Positions 53,116 to 64,000 of a stretch of DNA of 64,000 nt are shown one piece after another. The translations under genes were made by a program, and so were the position numbers. Position 1 is the stretch's first letter; each line of letters begins with the position of its first letter. The notes under the pieces were generated by a model. It ran no database searches. It was not told the origin of the DNA and worked only from the letters and a program-made list of their open reading frames with translations. Source of the stretch: Saccostrea echinata. Taxonomy: Eukaryota. The stretch lies in NCBI RefSeq assembly GCF_033153115.1, contig NW_026889750.1, positions 10,664,001 through 10,728,000 on the forward strand, written 5' to 3'.

Positions 53116-56100
53116 TCACTCTAGTATATATCCTGGAGGGTAGTTGTATGGATAGGAGGCCGGACAGTTCGGCACCTGACAGCATTTCCCTGCAGGCGCA
53201 GGATCCAGGTGACAGATTTTTGGAAGTAGTAAGTCCAAACATCTGTGTTATACGGAAAGAAGTTGAAATTATATTTAAACTTTACATATAAATGTATTTC
53301 GTTCAAAAATTTAAATTTAAAAAAGAACTTTTTATGTATTATCAGTCATTGAATGTTGAAGAACAGTTCACCTTGGCTGGGCTGTGTAATATCCTGCGGC
53401 TGCATCTTTACAGTTTATTGTGAGACTACATCCATCATTCCATTCGTCGCCTTCTTCGTATACGAGTCCATTGTAGCGACATCCAGGGGCTGAAAAAATC
53501 GTATTTTAAAAACACAAAAGGGGTAAACATTTTGTAAAGACGCTATAAAAAGACTGGCATAAAAAGGGAATTGTTTATTGATAAAAATGCTTTTAAAAAC
53601 AGTTGATCTGCAAAAAAGAATGAAAAAAATGCTCTTTGTTATACTTGAAAACTAAAGTTTATTTAGAGTGAGAGAGGGGGAGAGGTTTTTTTTATCTTCT
53701 TATTCTTTGTCTTTTTGGTTTCCGTTACTTTGTTTTTGCTTTTTGTTGGCTTGGGATTTTTTTATTATTATTTTTCGTGTTTCTTTTTTTTCTGTGTTTG
53801 GCTCTAAATTATCTTTCAATTACTTGATATCTTTTAGATATATAAACACAATATCATTGAAGAGGAAGTATGCTATGAATGCATACAGGGAGTAAAAATA
53901 TTTTATTGAATACCATTTGTTTCACTAGCCTTGCGTAGGTTACACACAGATTCAGGACAACAACTGCCATTTCTCTTTACAACAACACATCCATCTGCTG
54001 GTTTGACTTCCGGGCAGCTATAGGATATTCAGATAGAAATGTATAGTGAAATACCATGTTTACAATATTTAAGTCATGGCAATTCTGTATGAAATATCAA
54101 TAAGATGTCTAATGCAATTTTTGGAAATTGTATGTACATTGTATAGCTTCAAAAAAGCACTTTTTGCCGTTGATAATCAACGTGACAAGACAAAAAAAAT
54201 TCTAAATTTGCGCATACTCACGTGCTTTCACATTTATATTGGCCAGATCTTCCATCCACACAAGTACAATTAATAGAACAGCCTTCGGTCCACGTCTCTC
54301 CTTGTACATACTTCCTTTTGTTGTAGATGCACCCCGTATCACCTATAACTGGGGCTAAAAAGAAAAATGTCACATAAGGTTCTGCTCTCGGTTTAATATT
54401 TTATCAAACGTTAAAGGTGCTTTATATTTTCCACATCTTACTATTCGGATTGTCCGAACAAACAAGCTTTCTGCAACATTGTCCATCGATGGCTTGGTAA
54501 TGGCAGTTACGTGGTGGATCTATAAATGTTGGGCAACTGAAAATGAAAGACACACATTGAAGCTTTCGGATGTCGTCAATCGTATAACAGCTCCTAGCCG
54601 TGCCGACAAATTGACTATCACGCGATTTGTAAATTTGTTGACAAAGCCACGTGCTGTTATACGAACAACGACATCCGAAAAAAGAAAAGATAAAGAATTC
54701 AATGCTTACATTAAAATTCTCTAATTTTCTCTCTTCTTAAATGTTACTTTTGTTCATCTTTCTTAAAAATTTATCGGCTTTCAGAACTGGTGTAGCTAAT
54801 AGACGTACGAGCCGTTTTGACGTGGAAAGTTAATGCAAAAAAATATATTGCCAGTCGAAGAAAAAAATTACAAATTGTTTTAAATGTACACTTTTTTTAT
54901 AGTTTCGACAATTTAATGGGTTTATTCTTTTCAATCAGATTGAGTGTGAACAGTATATATTTTGTTGTTCCTAGTGTATTTAAAGTGTATGTGGTTCCTA
55001 TTGTGTTCCAAGGTTCCATGTGTATTATAGGGGGTTGAAAGATTTTGTTTGTTTGATTGATTGTTGTTTAACGTATTTCGAGAATTTTTCACTCATTTGG
55101 AGACTCCATCACTTGCCGATGAGGAGCTGCAAAACTCGGCACTTAGGGCCATTGAGCAGTGAGGGATCTTTTTCGTACCAGCACCTACTGCGACACGGCA
55201 CCTCGGTTTATACGGTCTCATCCGAAGGACCGGTCTCCACAACCTACTGTGGGATTCCAACCCGCGACGTAAGTATCAACTCCTTACTACATTCTAGATC
55301 AGACGATCTTACCACTGTGCCACGCGGGCGTGGGGTTGAAAGAGGTAGATTTACAAATCAATTTCATAAAGAAATTTACTGAATGTATTGATCTATCGCG
55401 TAGATATTTCTATATTCTTTACAAAAAACATACCCTTATTGATAAAATTGTTGTAAAAAAGGTAAAAATCAATACAAAGTGTAAGTGCTAAATGTTATCT
55501 TGAATGAGGAACAATGTCATTGTCAGTCTCTATACTGAGATTCAACTCACATAGTGCTGCAACGGTATGCCCTCCCTTCTCCACAGGTACAGTGATACTG
55601 ACAACCATCATTCCATTCTTCCCCAAGTTTATAAGATGTACCCCTGTACAAACAGTCTGTTTTCGCAACCGCCGGAGTAGTTGGGGATGTGGCGGGTGTA
55701 GAAGCGTTTACGCCTAAAATTGTAGAGATACATAAGAAAGATTATCTGTGATGGAGTATCGGTATAAAAAAAATTACATCTTCATTTATGCCGTTCTCAT
55801 TCAAAACTCTGACATGTTGACCTCATAAATGTATTTTTTATTTTAATAAAGATGAACCTTAATCGATTTTATGTGTATTAGTACAAAAGGGAGGTAATAA
55901 ATTGATATCTAGCACTACCACAATATCCACAGGTTTTGGCACAGTTCTTTCTTGCCCATGGTTCATAAGGTGCAACACACGAAGACTGGCTATAATCCTT
56001 ACAATCAGGAAGTTTGTCAGCGCAGGCTGGAGCTGTACAAAACAGAATTCTAAGTGATCAGAAAGATGTTCATAAAAAATCCGGCATTCCATTTAAACAC

Positions 56101-57010
56101 AGTCATATGAAATATTCCTCTGTTATATTTGTTCTGCAGTTATGTTGGATTCATATGTACATCAACAGAAACAGAATACTTTTATTGTCTTCAAATAGAT
56201 CTCTAATATATTACATGACTACTTTATCTTTTCAGGGTAACAGAAAGATAAAGTTATCTCCCGTATTCAAAATCTTATCTTCTTTTTGTCTGTTTTAAAT
56301 GCTTATTGTATTCAAAAACCATTTTGCTCATTTTACCCAGAATTTTTTTTTATCAAACTATTATGTCTACTTACATGTTACGCTGTCTATTTTGCAAAAA
56401 AGAAAAATTTTGGGGAAATTGTTTACTCATCTCATGATATAAAGTTCTTCTAACTGAAAGTTACTATGTATGGCTCTTACTTTTCTTTTCCCTGAGCTGT
56501 ATCATATAATTTGTAACACTACTTACTGCAGAAACCATAGAACAGGTCACAATTCTTCTACCTACTTCAGAAACCACAGAACAGTGCACAAATTCTTCTA
56601 CTTACTACAAAAACCACAGAACAGTGCATAATTCTTCTACTTACTGCAGAAACCACAGAACAGTGCACAATTTTTCCTTCCCCAGGATTCATAAGGGGCT
56701 TGACAGGCACTTTTTGTGTACTCATGACAGTCCGGAAGTACGTCACTACACGTGTCACTTTGGCCATGACTTCCGGTCAGTGTCACTACAATGTCACATA
56801 ATTACTAATTATCTGTACATTGGTGGAAAACATCAATGATGGTAAGTTTTGATTTTCTTCATAATAAATTTTAAGAAAGCTATAATTAATTGACCTAAAA
56901 GATTGATATGTTTTGCCTTAAATAAAAAATCTTTACTCGAAAGTTTGCAAATCTATATATTAATAAACCTTACCCACTGCCAAGATCATGTAAAAAAGAT
57001 GAACATCCAT
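53116..57010 (-). CDS. Secreted cysteine-rich protein: signal peptide + 2 ShK + 3 VWC domains (343 aa)
   Basis: Exons 57010-56974, 56785-56645, 56032-55919, 55713-55551, 54536-54442, 54354-54222, 54017-53914, 53489-53372 and 53242-53116 sum to 1032 nt, open, all GT-AG. N-terminus MDVHLFYMILAVVTLTGSHGQ. ShK: CSDVLPDC..WGRKNCALFCGFC. VWC pattern: C.Y....Y..G..W.DGC...C.C..C P ..C..GxCC...C. Ends NYPPGYILE*. Confidence 0.88.
54564..54680. repeat. 117-bp intronic hairpin
   Basis: TTTCGGATGTCGT-N3-TCGTATAACAGC and its reverse complement, with pairing extending almost to the centre. Confidence 0.8.
55043..55331 (-). mobile_element. tRNA-derived SINE with V-domain
   Basis: Same family. TSD GGGGTTGAAAGA (55031-55042 and 55332-55343). 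Confidence 0.88.
56520..56672. repeat. Tandem repeat, 4 units of about 39-40 bp, spanning an exon end plus donor site
   Basis: Unit ACTTACTGCAGAAACCACAGAACAGTGCACAATTCTTCT. Confidence 0.9.
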
Positions 57011-57059
57011 TTCTTCGTTCCAAAATAATTTGCTGCAGAAATGTTAGAACAGCCTTCCG

Positions 57060-57066
57060 TTTTATA
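57060..57066 (-). promoter_or_regulatory. Candidate TATA box of the 3-VWC gene
   Basis: TATAAAA on the minus strand about 50 bp upstream of the ATG at 57010. Confidence 0.5.
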
Positions 57067-58387
57067 CGGACTGTCTTATCATAATTCACCAAAGACGACC
57101 CGAAATGGCAGGAAAATTGGGTCAAAGAGTGTAATCTTTGAAAGATAAATATCCGGGCACATCGTTGGGGTGACGTTGACCTTTTTGCCAAGTTGCATTT
57201 TCTAATGTACTTGATATACCATATTTGCACTTAAGTATACTAAGGTTTTACAGTGCGTTTTCTGTCGTATATCTAATACAATTTGAAATAATCAAATTAA
57301 ATAAAAGAAATATGTAGTCACGAAGACGGAGAGGATACTCGTGATGAAATAAAGATTTTATATTCAGATTCATTTTATAAAGAATCCACCCTAAATGAAT
57401 CTCCAATTTATTTTTATTATTTACAATTCTATAGTGATGCGTAGACCAGCTATTTACGTACATTTGATTGTTACTATGTACCTTTAGAATGTTTGTCTTA
57501 TGAGACTTACAGGGTTATCGGGTGGGTGTATTTTTAGCATGAGAATCTATTTAAAATGTTGGTAATCCATTTATTTGAACCCGTCTGTCACTGTGTTTCT
57601 TTCATGTTACTCATGTGCTAAATTTAGAGGAATCCGTTATTTCTGTTTACTTATTCTCAGTCGAAATGAATCATCATATTTTAGTTGCAATACCTAATGA
57701 CATCGGATGGAGGACGTGTCCGTTTGCACTTTGTCATTCTGTTTGTCTGACCTTATTTTAAAATGATTGGAGCAGATTTCATTGAAGCATTAATTACATG
57801 TATAATGATGTGAGTGTAAAGTGCGCCTGGTTTGTTTCCTAGCTTGATGTACGTCATTACAAACTTGAAAATATTTTCCATCAGTCCCAGAATTAATATA
57901 ATCTATATATATTTTAACTTTATATTTTCCTAGCCAGGGAAGAAGCTACCGCCTATTTAAAGCAATGACTTATGTGAATCAAATCAATCAAAAAACAATC
58001 ATTTTATACGCCAGCACCGGTATATTCTCTTTTCAAAGGGATCGGTGACACAAATTATATCAGAACTGTAAAGTGAGAAGATTGGAAAAAGTTTAGGATC
58101 TTTAATTCTTATTTCAGATAGATTTTAATTCTATCAACACCAATTGAAAGAAGCATTTTTCTCTAAAACGAAACGGAAGAAAAAAATATTAATTTTGATG
58201 GAAAGAGCAAACTTTTTGCGAAACTGTCTCAATACAGAGATCTCACGGAGAATATAACCATTTGAAAGTGCATGCGTGCTACTTCTGATGGTACATTTTG
58301 TCGCCCTTTACGAGTACATATTGTCGCTGGCGACGATACGTACCTACCCTCACTGCAAATATCGCCATCCTTCGGTATATAATGACA

Positions 58388-59250
58388 CCGGTGTAGCGAA
58401 GAAAAGTGCCCCTCCCCCGTAGAATACTGACCGGGGATAATTTTTCCCCCTGGTCAATATTATACGTAGAAAAATGACCCACTTTTCGGAGAAATTATGG
58501 TCTTGGAGTCAATTTTCTCTGTGTGGATTGTAGAAAAAAGACCCCGTAGAATAATGACCATGTGTCATTTTTTAATATACAAAAAAGTTACATGGTTTTG
58601 ATAGGAAAATTTTTGTTAGGTATAGTTAACCTACTAAGATTTTTCCCTAGTATATATTCCTTTGTAAAAATTTGATACCCTACTGTGGTCCCTCCCTATC
58701 CCTCCCTGGGGGGGGGGGGGGGTCACGATTTAAACAAACTTGAATCTACACTTCCTGAGGATGCTTCCATATCAGTATGACTTTTAGAAGTTTTTTTTTT
58801 CTTATATATTCTTATTTAAAGCTTTGATCCTCCATTGTGGCCCCATCCTTCCCCCAGAGGTCATTATTTGAAATTGCAACTTTGCAAGTGCAATAAGTAG
58901 AATAATGATCCTTGGTTTAATCTCTTTTTGTGGCAAGATTTATTGCAATCAGACAAAAACTGTAGGAGTAGCCTTTTAAAAGAATTTTACAGAAATGTCG
59001 ATTTTAGTAACTATGGCAACATCATTCATCAAAAACCGACAAAGACACTGTATCTCAGTGTAGTCTACTTGTATGACAAGTTATTGAAATCAGACCAAAC
59101 TGTAGGAGGAGTAGTGTTTTCTAAGTATTTCACAGAAAATTCTATTTTGAGTAACCATGGCACCACCTTCATCAAAACAAAAACCGACATATACAATTAA
59201 ATATCTTAGTGCAGTCTACTTGTGTGTCAAGTTATATTAAAATCAGTTCT
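58388..59250. repeat. Cluster of repeat fragments
   Basis: GTAGAAAAATGACC-type subterminal repeats at 58388-58580, Cg170-like units at 58635-58870, and two about 150-bp tandem units at 58930-59245. Confidence 0.55.
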
Positions 59251-62200
59251 ACATACTCTAAATTTGAACATTTCTCTCATCTGATATGAGAGGTATATAC
59301 ACTGTATAATCATATAAACTGATGAAAAAAATCCAACTTTTAACATAATAAAGTCTGAGTGATTAACACAGCAGTTAGATTCATTAACTACAAAAAAAAA
59401 TCATTAAGCAACATTAACTATGAGGTGACAATATATGCTCCTCCTGATCCCACCTCTGGTGTTTTAAGGGGCCCGTGTTTTTTACCTTGTTCACGATTTG
59501 TATCGTTTACAGATTTACGAGATTGATCAGTTTTCATTGTCTTCATCTTTTCACTTATTTGCTTTCTCTGGATTCAATATTAGTTTTAATCCTTTATGTT
59601 TAATTTTAAATTTCCTATCGTGCACTTGTCATCATTTGTATTTTGTTTAGAATTTGATTTCACTTATTCAATTCATGTTTCATCTGAACAAGAACAAATT
59701 ATATATTCAAAATAAAGTATTTTTAAACTGGTAATTTTACCATTAGTGTAAACTTTCCCATCCAACAGCAATTTTCAGATTATAGAAAGAAAAGGAGAGA
59801 GTTAACGACAAGACCACAATTGGTGCAACATTAAGGTCTTCAAGGTAACTCTGTGTCAATCTGATGTGTTTGTGATGGAACAGCCGGGAAAACCATATGC
59901 ACAAAAGTTGTTAAAAAAACAATTTTATTTTTCATGTTTTAGGAGGGAAATAATCTTTGCACATCTTAAAGAATTTTTCGACATCCATAGATACCCGTTC
60001 TAAAATTTATTGTTGCACTGCCTTTATTCTGGTCGAATATCGAATGTTTTAATTGTTGAGGAAATTGCTGAAAGCTGCAATTCAATGGCCCTTTTAATGT
60101 CTTACGCGATGCAAACAACAGTAAGAGTTGGATTAGGCCTGACTTAACAGTTCGATTTGGAAACTGCAAAAATGCTCGTTACACAAATGATATGTTGCAG
60201 ACATTGGACCATCCAAAAAGGCTTATTACTTCAAATTGGTTCCAAAAATTTCCATCCGGGTACATATAAAAGGACAAAAATAGACATAGAAAAAAGGACA
60301 AAAATAGACATAGAAATATGTACATAGAATTTTATCCCAAAATGTATTAATGAACAGTGAATGAATTGGAAATTTGATTGATAATTTATCGTCATTTAAT
60401 AGCTTGATGTTTGTTTTTCTTATTGCATATTACATGTACGTATTGTTGTATTTGCTTGGTGAAACGTCCTTACACGTTGATTGATAGCTGCTTGAGCTAA
60501 CTTGATTTCATTGAGTGTTTGATATGTCACGTCTCTGGGAGACTTGATAATTGTTTTTGTCTAGAAAACATGATTATGTTAAATATAATTTATAAGCAGC
60601 AAAACACATGGAATTTTCCATATTGTTTCACAAAAGCATTATTGAATAGAAAAATGACAAAAGGTACATGTATACATATCCCTACATTTCCTCTTACATA
60701 AAATATTTATCTTACCAATTGTTTGACTGAGGTCAGATTTAAGTTGCCGGAAGAATTACGTACAATGACCCCATTATTCTCATAAAAGAAAAATAAAACG
60801 TAAAATTCGATATAAGGCAGCCGTTTATTAGTGACAGTGCACCACTGTCTGTCGTATCATTATGTATAAAATAAGTTATTCATTTGTTTTAAAAGTTATA
60901 ACCAATGGCATGTAAATTTTGTAGTGGAAAACTAACTTCAGTTTACAATATGTATATAAATTAGTTAACGATACAAAAAAATAATGATAAATTAGATTCT
61001 CTCTTAAAACTTTATTTTCTTAGAAGAGAATTTTAAATTAAAAGTATGTTTTTCAATTAGTTCACAGCAGCAAAACTTATTCTAGGTATTGTGCACATAT
61101 GCCAAATTAAAATGCAATGCTTTTTTGAGATGTGTTTTAAAAAAGACAATTGTAATAATTATGTTGTATGTATTGTATGTGTCTATAACTTTATTACGCA
61201 TTAGTTGTAGAATATTTTTATGGAAACTTCTTTTTTAAAAAATCAAAAACATATTACTCTAAATACCCATCAACAGTCTCAAAATTTGGCTAGAAAGTTA
61301 TTTCCAAGTGCCCCTGACTACTTGCATATTACCCCGAGAATAAATTATGACACAACATAAAATCATATTCCAAAACAACGAAAGATTGCAGCCATTCAAA
61401 TAAAGAGAGTTGAGGAGTTATGTTCTGGACATAATTTCGTGACGGACAAACAATCAATCATATCCGAACCAGTTTGTCTCCCTTTGTAGGAGGAGATGTA
61501 AGAATTTTTGGTTGTTTATTTTTAAAATTCTGAGATTTTATGATGAAGTAAAATCTATTTTTTCAATTACTAGTAAAACAGAAAAAAGTGAAAATTCTGA
61601 GCAATAATTTAGACCTTATAGACAGTTACCACAAGCCATAGTGATACTATTCAAAATCATTATCCCAGGTAAAAATTTTGCCGAGGAACAGGATCAATTG
61701 CTCTTGAAAATAATAAAATGTTAACAAAATGTGGACATATATAATGGATTAAATTTGTAGGATATTGATCTCTATGATTACTTTTTTTCTACGTTTCTGA
61801 ACAGATGTGGTTTGTGAAGAATGGTAGTACAAAGACACAGCGGTAAATATTCCTGTCACGGAAAAAATGATAGCTATAAAAATCATCTTTTTTTGTATTG
61901 GTTCCGTGCCGGACTTCAGAAAAATCAATCGTAGTTGTCATTATTCATATACTTGACCTAAATATTTCACAAATGTATCAAGAAAAACATAGATTATTAT
62001 AAATTAACCTATTTATAAACACAAGTCTTCAGAAGCCACACCATCTTCCACTGGTTTGGAAATTAATCTAGCATACAATACAAATTTCATAGATGGACGG
62101 ACTGCTTTTATTACAGTGAAACTATTCATGTTTGTGCATTTTCGATACTTTTGATATATTTTTATGAGTAACGGTAAAGTAAAACTCTAGACTAATTTAG

Positions 62201-62640
62201 ATATTCCTGTCACTTTCAGGGCTTGTTAACAAAAAGCAAATTCTTAACATTTATTCATGGAGTATGCTGGGCCCCAGCCAAAATAAATTTCAGAATGTGA
62301 AAATTTTAAAACTTGTTTTGGGTGTATTTATTTCCGTTATGTCACCCAACCAAAAAAAAAATAAAGATTTTATAGAATTGTTCTGTTTTTCTTATTAGGG
62401 CTTAAATAGAAAATCGACTTTACATATTCACAAAAATGAATAACAATGAATGAAAAGCAACCAGCACATATATTTTTCAGAGGCCAGACTCAATATTTTT
62501 TTTCCAATTTAAATATAATGTTATTTTACATGAGTTGGAGTAAATTTGAATCATTATTTTAAAAATAAAATTAAAAGCATTCGTGAATAGTGAAAAGGAA
62601 AGCATGTTAAATAATATAAAATTATACTTAAGAAATGAAT

Positions 62641-62782
62641 TTAATTTTTGAGAATTCATGAGGACATGAACCTACGACGCTTCACGCCGGCATATTTCAT
62701 GAAGAGCGTTAGCGCTTAATGATAAATATGCAGGCGTGAAGCGTCGTAGTTCATGTATACCTCATGAATTCTCAAAAATTAA
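62641..62782. mobile_element. Palindromic element core (possibly non-autonomous Crypton-type)
   Basis: TTAATTTTTGAGAATTCATGAGG..CTACGACGCTTCACGCC and its reverse complement. Confidence 0.65.
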
Positions 62783-64000
62783 TTTCATATCTTATATTTA
62801 CATTATTTTTCTGATGACTTGCCACATATTTTTGTCATTCAACGATCATTTTTGAAAAAAAAAAGTTTGCACTATTTTTCGACATCAATCACATCGCAAT
62901 GGAAATATTCTTACTCATCCCATGGTAGTTCATGAGAACATGAACTTTTTCTAATTTGCAAAGAATCTTAAGGAAAAATATTTGGAAATGTAAATATATA
63001 TATGAATGAGTGCATCTCTGACTAAAGTTCTATTTATAGTTTCTGACTCTTCGATACAGTTGTATCTTATTTAATGTTACAGATAATTGTCGTGTCCATT
63101 TATAGTAAAGTGAACAAAAGGTAATTTATATTTGGAAATTCTGTCTACAAAAAAAAATGAATAAATAAAGAAATGTTTTGTAGGAACTGCCAGTTGTTAT
63201 GATTTGTACACGCAATGATATATATATTCATTGCATATTGCATAAGAAAGCAATTGACACCAGTGAGTTCAAATAATGCTAGGGCATGACAGACATCATA
63301 GAATGGGGATTATTATACTGAATGGAATGCACCAGAGCCTGTAATGTCCATTATCATTTTATTAACTATGTTAATTAGGGTAGTTATTTATTATTTATGG
63401 TGAACATTAAGGTAAACACTGTTTGTAAGTGGTTGAAATTTGAAAGTTTTATAATATATGATTCATGAAGAAAATAGATTTAGTTGTTCATACTGCTTTC
63501 AAGAATATTAAAGTCACAGTAGCTTTATAAATTAAACTGTAAAATTTGAAATTTAAGATTTTGTTTTTCATTCCTTCAAAACATAGTTAGCATTAATGAA
63601 TAATTGTTTAGCTATAAATGAACAACCAACATGTACATGTACCTCTGAAAATAAATATGTGTTTCATTATGAATGTAAATCTATTTTTATACATAAACCT
63701 AATTTTGAATTCATATGTCCAAGTATACATTTTACATATATGGCAGTGCAGTTTGACTTCAGGAGATGACAGCGTGACAAGAATATTCATCATTTCGCCA
63801 CTTAATTTAGTAAGTTCCGCTATGTGTGGTTAATTCATTAAGTTTATTTGATATGTTGATTTCAATTGAAATAGCAGAACACATTATGTTTCGTTATAGA
63901 ATTATAACACATTTGTCACATTTTCATTACTTTATCTTATTATTTATTACAATTTTATCTCCCAACACGATGTTTCCTTTCTGTGGGGTGAACAGAGAAA

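Noticed and set aside
44760-57010. One single long ShK-VWC gene
   Set aside because: An in-frame stop at 53116 follows a terminal exon homologous to the one at 44760, and a separate signal-peptide exon starts at 50482.
59770-62110. Possible exons upstream of the ShK-VWC genes
   Set aside because: Candidate frames stop quickly, and the gene already has its own signal-peptide exon and TATA box at about 57000.

Overview
AT-rich, intron-containing eukaryotic DNA. The repeat families (Cg170-like satellite inside Helentron-type HINEs, V-domain SINEs, Penelope-like RT) point to a bivalve, probably an oyster. There are two tandem gene pairs. (1) On +, two highly diverged type-II glutamine-synthetase-like paralogues with GLUL intron phases: copy 1 (13257-17894) is a pseudogene and copy 2 (26857-42836, 402 aa) is intact but lacks the ammonia-site motifs. 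(2) On -, two secreted ShK+VWC paralogues: 57010-53116 (2 ShK + 3 VWC, 343 aa) and 50482-44760 (2 ShK + 5 VWC, about 500 aa). The rest is densely packed with mobile DNA: a 383-bp miniature LTR element whose LTRs each carry a tRNA-like cloverleaf, a 7.7-kb element with about 1.1-kb inverted repeats rich in RFX X-box motifs, a self-nested stack of MULE-like elements with 9-bp TSDs, many HINEs, three V-SINEs, Penelope and LINE remnants, and a truncated tRNA-Gly. Gene models were spliced and translated by hand; no database search was possible.
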